A DNA stretch of 63,226 nucleotides from Chara braunii (lineage: Eukaryota > Plantae > Charophyceae): assembly GCA_003427395.1 (NCBI GenBank), contig BFEA01000031.1, positions 4,956,736-5,019,961 on the forward strand. Reading direction: 5' to 3'. The position numbers and the translations under genes were made by a program. The notes under the pieces were generated by a model. The model saw only the letters and a program-made list of their open reading frames with translations, searched no databases and was not told the origin of the DNA. Shown one piece after another: positions 35,603 to 48,226 of the stretch. Within the stretch, counting starts at the first letter, position 1. Every line of letters starts with the position of its first letter.

Positions 35603-36289
35603 GCCCTGCATAGGCCATGTCCCCAGGACAATCATCTGATTTGGGCAGACAGGGAGAGAGCCCGCTTTGATAACAGGCCATACTCTGATGTGGAAATGAA
35701 AGGGGCAATGAAGAGTGGTCTCAGGCGAGCGACCTGAGAGCTCGGGGTGGCGTAGGAGAGTTGGGTGTGGCAGGGGTTCAAGGCACACCCGGTGGTGGTT
35801 CTTGCGGACGTGAGCCCAAGGCAATGGCTTGGCCGGGCTCCATAGGACCACAGCACTCCGGGTCTGGTTTTGTGCAAGTGGCTGCAGCAGTAGAGTTGGG
35901 GTTAACAGTACATTCTAGGGGATGGTAGGCGGAGGCAAGAACTAGGGAAGGATTCGTAGCAGTAGGCTGGGGGAGCGGTAACTAAGAGGGGGACCAGCGC
36001 TGTCAGTCAGAAGGGGGGAGGTTAGAGAGTGTGGACTCTGTGGAGGTATAGGGGGCCACTTGGTTATTCCAGGCACAGTGGTCTGTTAGGAGAGGGTCAG
36101 CGTTGAAGGGACGAGGTTTCGGTGTGTAGGTTAGACCTTGGAGCCAATAGGCTCAGACAGTGTAGTACTTAGGGTAGGGTAGAGGTGTTGTTCTGATTGG
36201 TTACTCTTTAGACCATTATTGATGAAGTTTGCATTGGAATGAGGAGGAAGTCTGATTGGTTGCATTAGTGATTGGTTGTGGTTAATGAA

Positions 36290-36376
36290 GCCCTCCAGGA
36301 CATCCGTTAAAATTTGAGTGATTTAGAGAAGATTAGCATAGCCCCCGCACAAGGATGACACGCATAAATCGAGAAA
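36290..36376 (+). pseudogene. U6: U6 snRNA pseudogene, 3'-truncated, with A-rich tail
   Basis: ggacatccgttaaaatttgagtgatttagagaagattagcatagcccccgcacaaggatgacacgcataaatcgagaaa matches plant U6. The ACAGAGA box is mutated to TTAGAGA. Confidence 0.9.
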
Positions 36377-36983
36377 AATAAATAAATAATAACATCCATA
36401 TGTATGATTAGGGGGTTGTCCCCAAAAAACAGAAAGTGGACCATTTTGGCAAAACATTGTCAGAGAGACGAGGGCGGCGGCGGCGGCGCTCCGGTAGCGC
36501 TAAACATAGTGCTAATCGCTAGCGCTAATTCTGCGCCTAGGCGCAGTAATTACGCCAAGTATGATTAGAGATAGGGTTAGCGGTACCGTCCGCCTCCCCC
36601 TCCCCGCCCTTCTCTGTCGTGGTGTGAATGTCAGAGAGATGGCAACTCCTCATTTGCTATCTAGGCCATTCTCTCTGACACCCGCTGTGAGCTTGAGGCG
36701 AAGGTCCTTCTGGTAGTCGGGTATTATCAAGACTTCTGGACCCGGGTTATGCTTTCCTTTCTGTCGGAGTAACGAATGGACAGGTAAAACTCTTCTCACT
36801 TCTCGATTGATGGGGATGGAGTTTATCCTTTGATTTATTTGAGGCTTCCTTATTAATATGGTTATACGATTATTTGGTTGAATGCTTGTTTTAAAATTTT
36901 AGAGCAATTTTGTGTCAACGAGTGAATTCAGCTTATTGTTGTCGTGGATAGAAATTACATTGGATTCGTGTTTGAGAGACACG

Positions 36984-39560
36984 ATGGGGGAAATTTCATC
37001 ATCGTCTGGCTCACTTTCCGTTTCTGAGAAAGAACGAATTCAAAATTTAATCAACAGTTGTTACAGCGAAGGAATCTTTCCGGAAAACTTTCGTCCGCAG
37101 GTAGTAGAGTCTGAGGAGGACTTTGACCGCGTTTTGGTCAACCCAGAGGTATATCGGATCCAGCGTAAATGGTTGGCGGAAAACGCAGTAACGATAGCCT
37201 TTGGTGGTGATTCCAATTCGCTACCTGCATCGGTCAAGGAACGCTTAGTGCGAATCCATAAGAATGGCTGGACCAAGACCGGCAACATTCTGGCCTCACC
37301 AAAACGAGGCATTTTCCGGAACGAAGGTTTCAATTTGATAACCTACATGGCGTCAGCAAAAGAAATCACCACGTGGCTCCTTAGAAAGAAGGAGGATACC
37401 GTAGTTTTGGAAGACAAATCGTACACGCTCACGATGAGACCATGGATGTCGGAGGCTGAGCTGTACGATTTGAGAGAATCCACTCAGTTGAATTTTTTCT
37501 GGATTCGTTGTCTCCAAGTCCCTATTGGGGTCTTACCTCACCTTTAAGGGGCTATCGAAGCTTTGTATGGGAAAATTCTGAAGTCATATCCGGTATTTAA
37601 AGATAAAAAAAACACCCTCCCTTCTAAATATTCGTTTTGATGTGGAATCCTCGGCACGTACCCATTACAAAAGGTACTTGGTGGTGGATATGGAGGAAGG
37701 GGGTTTTGTGGAGTTGGAAGTGATATGTGCCGCTACGCCATGGTGTGAACGTTGTCGTAGGTATTTTCACGATGAAGCAGATGAAGATTGCCCATACAAA
37801 AAGAATTATCCCAAGAAGGCGTCGTCCATCCCACCGAAGAGAAAAGGGAAAACCCCTGCCAATTTGGAACCGCAACCCAAAAAGGGGCCCGGGAAAGAAA
37901 TCAAAACTTGGCGGAAGAAGGAAGGGGGATCAGGCACGGTGCCTCACGAACCTGTAAAACAAAACCCCCAATCTGACTTGGGTCAGGGGAATGGCAATCC
38001 CTCTGGGAGGGAAAAATTACAGCAGGTTCAGGGAAAAAGCAGATCTCCCTCGTACAGAGATGTTCTGAAATATCCTCCCCCGCAGGGAAGCAGAAATCAG
38101 AACGGTCACAACTCCCAGTTACTAACTGGGGGGTCAGAGGTAATGATGGTAGAAGCCAATCAGCAGGCTGCTGGCGGCCAATCTTCAGGTATTATCCCTA
38201 CAGCTGTAGATATCACCCTTTCTCAACCAACAGAGAAAGGCTCAAGACTTGCTTCAGAGGAATCAACTGAAATTCAATTGCAGAAGGGGGATTCGGATTC
38301 AGAAATGGAGGAGAGGAAGGGGAGAGAGGAGCAGGATGAAGAGGAGGAGGAAGAGGAGGATCCCGAAGAAGAAGAAGAGGATGATGAGGAGGAAAGTTTG
38401 ATAAAGAANAACCCCCCCCCCCCCCTCCGTCCCCTGTGCCCTCGCTAAAAACAGGTAAGGCAGCGGACATTTTAACCCGGTTGGAATCATCAGGGGAACA
38501 ATGGCATCTGTCTGATCTGTTTGACGGAAAGATTCCGTGTTCGAATACAGGGGTACCAGCTACTCCTATCAAGCGCTCTCCGAAGGAAGCAAACGAAGAT
38601 CCTGATCAGAATTTTTTTTCCCCAGCGGAAGACCATGAGTCAGATCCTATTGCAAACTCAACAGAGGAAACAAAGAAATCCTCTGTTCACCATAAGAAGA
38701 AGAGTTATGTTTCTGCTAGGGGTCAGGAGAGTTGCCAGAAAAAAAAAACCTCCCTTCGTATTGACGATGATTTAGCAGGTGATGTTTTATCCCCTGCTAA
38801 GCGTTCACGCATTGATTTAAACAAGAAGGCACCACGGTTTCAGGAGGAGGAAAGCCCGGGAGAGGAAATTTTGAGAAGCTCTGCAAAGAAAAGGGAACGC
38901 CCTGCTGGTTTAAAAGCGGTCAAGTGCTCTCTTGCTCTTGCAACTCTTGTTAAAACTCTCTCCAGAACAGATAAACCTTTAGGCTGCCTCCCCCTCTATC
39001 AAGTCCCCCTGGTCTGTACTCCGACCACTTCGGGAGCCCAGATCCTGACATTCTCCTCAGAGGAAGGCAAGCCAAAGTTGCCCAGTATTCCAATTTATTG
39101 CCCTCCGTCGAGCGATGATGTCAACAGGATGTTTAAAAAGAATTTCCTGTTTGATTTAGCTGAAACAGGGATAATGCATGAACCTAAGATGGCCAGGCAC
39201 CTGGTGGAAATGCCGGGGGAGGGCAAAGTTGCATTATTTTTGGCCTTTTTGGCCCTCGATTTTCAACAAGGCAAGGATGGTTCATCAGCCCCCTCCCATT
39301 TTCATTGGATAGACATATCCCATTTTGCCTCTCCGCATTCGGAAATGTTGCAAAGCATAAATCTGGCAAATTCATTAACGGCCAAGGCGGTAGCTGATTG
39401 GTTAATCCACTCAGATAACCTACGGCTGACTCAATCAATGTCTTTTAGAGAACAGATCCTCAAAACACAAGCGAAAATTGCAAAAATGGTTGCATCTACA
39501 TCTCAGGCCCAGGCCCAGCCTACTCCAGTAGTATTAGAGTTAGACCCAAACAACAGCTGA
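36984..39560 (+). pseudogene. LINE ORF1 (long; zinc-knuckle-like CERCRRYFHDEADEDC, acidic linker, extra C-terminal domain)
   Basis: Three consecutive ORFs (36912-37547, 37642-38448, 38436-39560) broken by a stop and homopolymer frameshifts. L1-type LTMRPW...FWIRCLQVP motif. Confidence 0.8.
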
Positions 39561-39591
39561 ATCCAACTCGACAACGGCAAGGACTCAGTTA

Positions 39592-42500
39592 ATGGTCCTT
39601 CCCGATAAAATTGCAATCTTGAATTGGAATGTAAGAGGGCTAGGTGACTCTAATAATACCTATAAAAAAAATCGACTGTCGTCGTGGATCTATTCCAAAC
39701 ATGCTCACTTGATCTGCCTTCAGGAAACCAAACTTGATGCGGAAAAAATTGTGAAGCCCAAAGATGGTGGTCGGGCCCGCAAGTTTGGGCTCCTGCGGAC
39801 GGATCAAAGGGAGGGGTTGCAATACTTATCAACAAAGATTTGGATGTGGTAACCCTAGACAGCTATGCAGATATCGAAGGTCGGTGGGCCTGAAAAAAAA
39901 TACCAGTTGAGGACGAGGACTGGGCGATAATGTCAGTTTATGCGCCTGTCGAATACCCTGCCTGCATCGATTTTTTTGCGAACTTACCAAAATATATTCC
40001 TGACACGGAAAATTTGATTTTGGCAGGGGACTGGAATACAGTCCTCGTCCCAAGTCTCGACTCTCCACGTCCTGGGCCCTTAAGAATGAATGGTCAGTTA
40101 CTCTCTGAACTGGTTAATTCTCAGAGTCTTTTCGATACATATCGGATTTTGAATCCTGAATCACCTGGTTATACTTGGCATGGCCCTAGGCCTTCTCCTC
40201 GCGCTCCTCAACCAAAGAAAAGACTGGATGTCATCTATGCGCGGGGATCCCCCTGGGATCGCTGCATTGGGGCGGAACTGAAGTATGGGTCAATGTCTGA
40301 CCACAATCCGGTGATCATGGACATCATTGCTAAAGATGTCATCAAAAAGTTTAAACCGTCGTTCAGATTGAACGTTAAAATCCTGAAAGATCCGGGGATC
40401 CCGTCTTGGGTGTCCACACAGGTAAAAAACTGGGATAAGGCTAGAGACCTCTTCCACAGCGTAGAGGAGTGGGCAGACACTGGGATTGCTATTATTCAGG
40501 CTGCCATAGAGGAATTCTCTAGGATGAAAGCAGCCGCTCGCTCGTGGAAAGAGAAATGTTTATTAGCCACTATCGAAGAAGCAGAGAATTCAATGGGGGA
40601 TGACCCATTTACGGAATATTATTGGTCAATTAGGAGAACTGTCGCACGCTTGGAACTGGGGCAATTGGAAATCCAGCGTCAGTCTGACTGGTTGGACTGG
40701 CTAAAGGTGAGGCAACTGGGGCAACTGGCTATAACCGGATGACTAAACTCACCTTCCGGTCGTTGATTCTTCGTCAAGCAAAACCACCAAGGAGGGAATT
40801 GATCCATCCTTTTGTCCTGACGGCTCCCCTTGCCACTGAAACCACCCAAATATGTTCCTATGCAATAGGACATAGTGACCACCAGACGGCCGTATGATTC
40901 CTTTAACACTAACTTATCGGAATTTTCTGATTTTTTTAATAAGACTCAAAAGAAAGTTCCTCTGACTCAAAGAAACCTTCTTGAGGCTCCCATCACAGAG
41001 AAAGAGGCTTTCTTGGCAGCCAAATAGATGGCCTCAGGCAAATGCCCGGGCCCGGATGGCCTGAACTCTTTCTCTGTGCATGGGAAGCCTTTGCCCCCTT
41101 TTTATGTGAAATTTACAATACGGTTCTCTCGACAGGCTCCCTCCCTAAAGGGTCGTCCGGGGGATGATTTCTCTTCTATACAAAAAAGGGGACAAAAGGG
41201 AGGTACGCAACTGGCGTCCGATCTCCATTCTCAATGTGACTAATAAACTGTTAGGGAAGATCCTGGTCATCAGACTTGCGGAAATTCTCCCCTCTTTGGT
41301 TGGGGTAGAACAGCGAGCCTTTGTCAAAGGGAGGTCTATTTTTGAAAATATCCTAACGACGATTCAGGCACTGAAAATAATCGGAAAAGAGAATAGGAAC
41401 TTAGCTATCCTTATGCTTGACATGGAAAAAGCTTATGATAAGGTAGGCTGGGCGTTTGTGAATACATCGCTGCTGAGGCTGGGCTTTGGCCCCAAGTTTT
41501 GTACTTGGACTAAAGCTCTCTATGCGAATGCAACAGCTGCGGTTGTGGTAAACGGTAAACTTTCCGAAGAATTCACCCTGACGCGCTCCTTGAGGCAGGG
41601 TTGCCCCCTGGCACCATTAATTTTCGTTCTCCAATTAGATGTATTGCTTGATAATATAAGATTCAATAATAGTATAGAAGGTTAGAGGTCACCCCCTTCA
41701 CTGCATTGGAAGGTGGGGGCTATTGCTGATGACTTAACCGTGGCCTGCATGAATACCTCAGATTGTATGCTTGAACTACGTAAGATTTAAGATATGTATT
41801 GCGAGCTATCGGAAGCCTCAATAAATTGGGATAAATCTATCTTTTTCCTCCTCCGTCATTTCGAGTTGTGTGTAGAGTGGGGACTGCGTCGGGTGCCTGA
41901 TTCTTCTTCTGACAGATTTCTGGGAGTACAGATTTCTCTTTCAGATTGTTCTTCGATGCAGGATAACATATTGGTGGACAAAGCGGTTTCCAGAATGGCA
42001 AAGTGGGAACGGAGGCACACTCTTTCTCTCTTTGGTCGAGCTTTAGTACTCTATGCTTCTGCATTTTCAACCCTCTGGTTTCCCCTGGCGGTCTGCTTGA
42101 TAGGAGAGGAAGCCTACAGGAAAATTAAGAGAGCTGCTGCACGTTACCTTTGGAAGCCGTCGGCAACTGAAGCGCAAGGTTTTATCTCCAAAGTGGCCTG
42201 GGAAGCAATAGCCAGCCCACGGAGCCAAGGAGGCCTGGGGGTATTGGATCCCTTCAAGCAAAACCTTGCCTTGGTGTCAAAGTGGCCAGTCCAAGCAATG
42301 GTCGGTGAAGAATGTAAACTCTGGATGAGACTGGCGGAATATATCTTGGGCAGCGAATGGGGGCTGGAGGACCCTTCAAGAGTGTGGTTATGTCTCATGT
42401 TGCCATCATATTCACAGCGACGTCCCCAATCAAGAATCTGCCGAAAGATTCTCTATGCCTGGTATAAGCTCAAACCTATGGAGTGGAACCTGCCTCAGAC

Positions 42501-43818
42501 GAAAATGGAATGCCTAAATCAACCTTTATTTGACAATCCTTACATTCTCCAGCAGGATGGCAAGCCGTTTGCAGTTAAAGGGGGAGCCTTAAATTTTGGT
42601 AATTCATGGATCAAGAAAGGAATCCTTCAAGTCAAAGACATCTGGGACTCAGATGCCTCCGACTGGTTGGACGAAGAAGCCCTGAGAAGGAAACTTCCCA
42701 GGGTACAGAATCTGTCACGAAATTATCAAGCCTTGCTGGAAGCAATACCGCAGGGGTGGGCGTACTTGTTCCAGGCAGACATAGAGAATGTGCAGAACAC
42801 TTGGGTCAGATCTCCGACTCATACTAATGAGGTGTGGAGAGTACTGGGCCCAGCTGAGGAACATGGTATTAAGGTACAGTCATGGTCTCTCCCTTCGATC
42901 TTTCGGACCACGGGGCAGCTACGAGAGACTGGAGAACTTACGGTGCCGAAAACTTCAGATTTAGAAGAGGTGCGGGTCTTCCTACAGGAGGATGGGAGGG
43001 AAAAAGCCACAGCTTTTCTAGGGAGAGATGCAGTCTCGTATCGAGTGGACCCCCTCCTATATGGATGGAAGGGGCTTAGGTCCAATGACTCTTTTATCCC
43101 CCTGTACCAGTATAACTCTAAAGTAGGGGTTGAAATTCAGAATGCTAAATCAAAAGTTACGCCGGCTTCCCTGGCCCTTAAAAGGGCTGATCAGCAGCAA
43201 CTATCAGGAGTCTCAGAGCAAAATTTGAGAATTCTTTGGATTGCTCTGAAGAAACTCCCTTCTCAGAAGCAGGCGGCAATTATTTGGTTACAGTCCCTGT
43301 TGGTTACTGCGACCGCATTGTATTTGTCGAACAAAGGGATGGAGGTCTCCCCCACCTGTCTACGTTGTAATTGGGGCTGGGAAGATCATGCTCATCTGTG
43401 GCTGTTCTGCCCCATGTTGGATGATCTGTTAGAATGGTGGAAGAGGCGTTGGCATTCACTCCACGATCAAGAAATGCAGTGGTCCGATGATTGGTGGCTT
43501 ACAGGAATCCTCCCTTCGACACTCTGCTTACACTCAGGAACTGGGTATGTGGCTTTTTGTTGTCGAGGGGCGCTGTTAGAGAGCATCTGGACAGCACGGA
43601 ATGCTAAGGTTTTCAAGGGCGAGACTTTCTCAGTTCACCAACAGAAGGCACTGATGAGGTCAAAACTGAGAATAGTTATCACTGCGGACTGGATTCAGCA
43701 CCGAATACCCGGAGCTAGGAACTTACAGTGGTTCCAACGCACCTGGGGCTCCTTTAGCAAATGGGCGACAATTAGCCCTGAGGGGTCCTTCTCTCTTTCT
43801 CCCTGGCTTTCGTGTTAA
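39592..43818 (+). pseudogene. LINE ORF2 (APE endonuclease, reverse transcriptase, zf-RVT)
   Basis: NWNVRGL, ICLQETK, SVYAP, LAGDWN, RLDVIY, SDHNPV; KCPGPDG, LLYKKGD...NWRPISIL, LDMEKAYDKV, SLRQGCPLAP, ADD; CLRC...EDHAHLWLFC. Several stops and frameshifts. Confidence 0.93.
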
Positions 43819-44409
43819 GAGGTTTGGGTAGGGGGATTGAGTTGAAGGACCTCATGATTAGAATTAAATGGGGTCGATTTAGACCACCGTGGGATTTAAT
43901 GGAGTATATTCTCTTAATTTTCAGTTCTTCCCTGTATTTGGCTGGTTAGACAATTGGCAGTAGCAGGTCATGGCATAGCTATCTTAAGTAGAGAGAATAG
44001 TCATCAGTACCTTTTTTTTGAGCTTAAAGGTTGATCCTTTTTTTGGAAGGTTGCTTTTGATTTCAGAAGGGATGCTGAACCCGATTTTCAGCTAAGCCTA
44101 ATCTGGGTAATGGCCCCAGGGTAACTCCGGGTAGAATTGTGAGGTCCCCGGCCTCTCCAACTCTGATTTTAATGTCACTTATCAACTTTCCAAAAAATAA
44201 TAATAATAATAATAATAAAAAAATGATAATAATTAGGGGCTGCGGTGTTGACAATCAATCCCCTTGGCCAGTGCTGGTCATTCATCAATCTCGTGCTGCT
44301 GATATCATGCAAACGGGACGAACAATGCGCCCGGTTCCAAGCACAAGGTGCTCGCCGCGGATAGGTGATGACGTTTGGTGAATGTAGCAGCAACTCGGAG
44401 GCCCCGTGA

Positions 44410-44503
44410 CCAGTGAAAGGGTCAGGTATTGTCCAGTGTAAGGGTCAGGTATTGTCCAGTGTAAGGGTCAGGTATTGTCCAGTGTAAGGGTCAGGTATTG
44501 TCC
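44410..44503. repeat. 23-bp tandem repeat, about 4 copies (CCAGTGTAAGGGTCAGGTATTGT)
   Basis: Directly visible, near-identical copies. Confidence 0.95.
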
Positions 44504-44841
44504 TTCATCGGCACGAAACTGATGTCCATTCTGGCCCGGCTACTTCTCCGGAAGTCACGCGGGAGAGATTGCCCTTGCATTTGCCATGTGGAGTTTTTTT
44601 TTTTTTGGGACTTTGCACAAGGCCCGTAACATTATTGGATACTTCCTTCGGAACGACGCATGTATGCGCAAGCAGGACACGCCCCCAAAATTTTTAAAAA
44701 AACGGAAAATGAGAGGCCAGATCCAGTCGTTCGTTTACAATCTGGCCGCTCACTTCGCCATTTCGCGATTTTGCGATCTTGCGATTTTGCGGGCATTGTG
44801 TGAGTATGCCCTAAGCGAGGCTGATTGATGCACAGATGCGT

Positions 44842-44940
44842 GTACTTCGGGACATCCGTTAAGATTGGAATGATACAGAGAGAGAAGATTAGCATGGCCC
44901 CTGCGCGAGGATGATCCGCAATAATCGAGAAATGGTGCAC
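44842..44940 (+). pseudogene. U6: U6 snRNA-like copy (probable pseudogene)
   Basis: cttcgggacatccgttaagattggaatgatacagagagagaagattagcatggcccctgcgcgaggatga...atcgagaaatggt. Has a 4-nt GAGA insertion after ACAGAGA, no oligo-T terminator and no TATA at -30. Confidence 0.9.
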
Positions 44941-45300
44941 ACACGCGGCTGTTAGCAAACACCTTAATATAGGCTCGTACCCAGGGAGCCGGGTGAACGT
45001 AGTAGTAATGGCAAGGGCTACCCCTTTTCCTTTTTGTTTTTTTTTTCGTTGTTGTTTTTTTACCTCTTTTAGAAAGGAGGAGAAAATGCGTGTGGACAAA
45101 AACAAAAACAAAAACAAAAACAAAGAGTCTGATTCCACGGGGGTCTGTTAAGTGACAGACTTGTGTATTATTCAGCCTCAGGACCACGTGCCGGGAGAAT
45201 GGGGACTTTCTCTCTCGCCTTCCCACTGCGGAGGAAGCGGGCCGCCTCTCCACTCCCGCACCTCAGACGGATCGATCACGAGAACGGCGGAGTCCTTAGG

Positions 45301-45307
45301 TATATAG
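45301..45307 (+). promoter_or_regulatory. Probable TATA box of the GS gene
   Basis: TATATAG about 210 bp upstream of the ATG. A CACGTG motif also lies at 45185. Confidence 0.5.
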
Positions 45308-45513
45308 CCCCTCAGTAGGCGTACTCCCACCAGTCCAGCGTCGTCTCGCAATCCAACCCATTACGGATCGGTCCCCTCTTCCACCCTCCCCTCCTACCTA
45401 TCAAGCTGCCATCGCCGGTGCTCCAGCATTAGCAATTTAGCTCCATCACGGTGGCGGAGCAGAGCAGATTTGAATCCCAGAAGAAGCAGAGCAAAGTGAG
45501 AACGGGGACGAGG

Positions 45514-46584
45514 ATGGCGGCGACCGTAGATGACCTCTTGAGGCTGGAGATGCCTGCGGGTGAGAAGCGCATCATTGCAGAGTACATCTGGGTGGGAGGG
45601 AGCGGTCTTGACCTCAGGAGCAAGCCCCGTACCCTGACTGGTCCCGTCAAGTCGGTGTCTGAGCTTCCCAAGTGGAACTACGATGGCTCCAGCACGGGCC
45701 AGGCTCCCGGCGAGGACAGCGAGGTGATTCTCTATCCACAGGCCATCTTCAGGGATCCCTTCCGAGGCGGGGACAACATCCTTGTGATGTGCGACTGCTA
45801 CACTCCTCAGGGCGAGCCCATTCCCACCAACACCCGCTACGCCGCCAACAAGCTGTTCCAGCAGGCGCTGGAGACGGAGCCGTGGTTCGGCCTGGAGCAA
45901 GAATACACTTTGCTGGAGAAGGAGCACAAGTGGCCGCTGGGCTGGCCCGTCAATGGCTACCCCGGCGCGCAGGGGCCGTACTACTGCGGCGTGGGTGCTG
46001 ACAAGGCGTGGGGGAGGCGCATCGTGGACGCCCACTACAAGGCCTGCGTGTACGCCGGCATCACGATCAGCGGGACCAACGGCGAGGTGATGCCCGGGCA
46101 GTGGGAGTTCCAGGTGGGGCCGGCCGTCGGCATCGCGGCCGGGGATGAGCTGTGGGTGGCGCGGTACTTGCTGGAGCGGATTACCGAGTTGGAGGGGGTG
46201 ATTCTGTCCCTGGACCCGAAGCCCGTGGAAGGCGACTGGAACGGTGCCGGGTGCCACTGCAACTTCAGCACCAAGGCGATGAGGGAGGACGGCGGATGGG
46301 AGGTGATCATGGAGGGCGTGAAGAATCTGGAGCTGAGGCACAAGGAACACATCAAGGCGTACGGCGAGGGCAACGAGCGGCGGCTCACGGGCCGCCACGA
46401 GACGGCCAGCATGGACCGGTTCTCGTGGGCCGTTGCGAGCAGAGGGACGTCCGTGAGGATCGGAAGAGACACGGAGGCGAAGAAGAAGGGGTACATGGAG
46501 GACCGTCGCCCGGCGTCCAACATGGACCCGTACGTCGTCACCTCCCTCGTCTTCGACACCACCACGCTCTGGAAGCCATTATAG
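45514..46584 (+). CDS. GLN1: Glutamine synthetase type II, cytosolic GS1-like, 356 aa, intronless
   Basis: [91 protein letters not shown] at 45514 gives the canonical 356 aa (the ORF track starts at an upstream GTG). Confidence 0.97.
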   Translation: MAATVDDLLRLEMPAGEKRIIAEYIWVGGSGLDLRSKPRTLTGPVKSVSELPKWNYDGSSTGQAPGEDSEVILYPQAIFRDPFRGGDNILVMCDCYTPQGEPIPTNTRYAANKLFQQALETEPWFGLEQEYTLLEKEHKWPLGWPVNGYPGAQGPYYCGVGADKAWGRRIVDAHYKACVYAGITISGTNGEVMPGQWEFQVGPAVGIAAGDELWVARYLLERITELEGVILSLDPKPVEGDWNGAGCHCNFSTKAMREDGGWEVIMEGVKNLELRHKEHIKAYGEGNERRLTGRHETASMDRFSWAVASRGTSVRIGRDTEAKKKGYMEDRRPASNMDPYVVTSLVFDTTTLWKPL

Positions 46585-46846
46585 AATGAGGCATATACAG
46601 TGACATAGCGGTTTTCTATGTCACAGTACACCAACCTGTACGCGAGTTGTTGTAAGAGAAGGTAGTAGTTGCAAGGCTCTTTGTGGTTCGATTTTCTGGT
46701 CCATTGTTTCTGCGTAAGTTATAGTACACTTCGGTCCTTGCTGTTCATCTTAGCAGCACGAAGGATGAATTCTTTAACAATGATGCATTCATGACATAAT
46801 GTAGATACCTCCGCTCGAAAGTACATCGCATTCAGAGCCGGTTCTG

Positions 46847-46927
<81 letters not shown>
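46847..46927. repeat. (GT)n(GA)n compound microsatellite
   Basis: Directly visible. Confidence 0.95.
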
Positions 46928-46930
<3 letters not shown>

Positions 46931-47356
46931 AAAGACGTGTAGTTGAGGAATGAATAGTGCAGTCGTTTCTGTCATAATAATCGACAGGAGGAGTGAGGTA
47001 TGCAACGTCTGTATATGTCCTCCACATCGACATGGCGAGGTCAGTGTCCTTCATCTTCGTTCTCTGGCGCCAGCTAAGCGAGGATTGGTTCTGGTTCTTT
47101 GTCTTGAAATTTAAGATCGGAGCTCGTTTTTATGAGGTGAATGCTTGTGATGACTTCGTTGTCCAGTTTGATATTGTACATCTCAGTACCTGTCTTTGTG
47201 ACAGCATCTTCGGTCTGTCTGTATTCTTCTCTGCCCTCTAAGGAGTCCTCTCAGACTGGTTGTTATCTCGTCTGTTGTCAACAGAGTGAATGTGGCCGTA
47301 ATCGTCAGCACGGGCATTGCTGAAAGTTCTATTTTAAATACGCGCGAGCCGAGCAG

Positions 47357-47511
47357 CACTCCACAGCGGACATTTCTGTCCCTCGCTGTCTCGCCCATAA
47401 GAAGAGCAACCTGTCCCAGGGCCTGGTGACGCCGTACCCATCGGGCCCGATGCTCATGCTGTCCACTCCACAGCGGACATTTCTGTCCCTCGCTGTCTCG
47501 CCCATAAGAAG
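47357..47511. repeat. ~48-bp direct repeat, two copies
   Basis: cactccacagcggacatttctgtccctcgctgtctcgcccataagaaga at ~47357 and ~47464. Confidence 0.9.
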
Positions 47512-47799
47512 ACAAAACATATGGCGGCGTATCATTCCATGTTCTGCAGAAGATTCATTCTAGTTTTGCACATTTGGTGAGTAGTGCAGCCAAGCCCTAA
47601 GAGTCACGTGCAGAGACCAGCAGGCCCTAGCTACGTGAGCAACCCATAACTGCTGAAACACAGACCTGAAGTAGAATCTTGAGTATATATTCGGCCAGCT
47701 CGAGCTCTACTTCATATTCACTGCCTACCTTGATTTTTGTTGAGGGGTCTGTGCTACATGGCTGCGAGGACCCTTCAGATAGCCTGCATGGGTTGTCTG

Positions 47800-48226
47800 A
47801 GTGGTGCTAGGGGGATTCCCCCGCCCGCCCCAAAAAGAAAAAAAAAGGACCCTTCACACGCACACACACATTCACGCACACACATTCATACATACACAAA
47901 TGCACACATTCACGCACACACATTCATACATACACAGATGCACAATTTCACGCACATATATTTTTATTTTTATTTTTATTTTTTGCCTGTTTTGCCTGGG
48001 GCATTGGCCCACAATCCCCCCCCAAGCTCCGCCGCCGCTCCCCACACTGCCCACAGTCCCCCCAAGCACCGCTGCCACTCCCCACATTGCCCAAAGGCCC
48101 CTCCCGCCCCGCACAACTCCCTACGAAAACGCGTCAAACGCGTTCACGCGCGACCAGTGAACGCGCGTTCACCGCGTTCATACCCTGAACGCGAAACGCG
48201 CGTTCAATGAACGCGCGGTAACACAG
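47800..48226. mobile_element. Probable hAT-type MITE remnant
   Basis: GAACGCG/CGCGTTC subterminal cluster ending ...GGTAACACAG. Left terminus not identified. Confidence 0.45.

Larger units (their letters stand above)
25620..36289 (-). mobile_element. Non-coding LINE-tail-like repeat split by the hAT and the solo LTR (pieces 25620-26232, 33256-33446, 35603-~36289)
   Basis: Pieces rejoin across the TSDs and the first two align with 52305-53580. The start resembles the 3' end of the minus-strand LINE (53603-53770). Confidence 0.5.
36400..44232 (+). mobile_element. Near full-length L1/Tx1-type LINE, mildly decayed
   Basis: ORF1 plus ORF2 (APE endonuclease, RT, zinc finger) and an (AAT)n/A tail at 44193-44232. 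The 5' boundary is approximate. Confidence 0.9.

Noticed and set aside
44842-44940. Functional U6 gene
   Set aside because: Insertion next to ACAGAGA, other substitutions, and no TATA or T-run terminator.
45451-45513. N-terminal extension or transit peptide on GS
   Set aside because: Begins at GTG; the ATG at 45514 gives the canonical cytosolic length.
45394-46634. Long minus-strand and alternate-frame ORFs over GS
   Set aside because: Shadow ORFs caused by high GC3.
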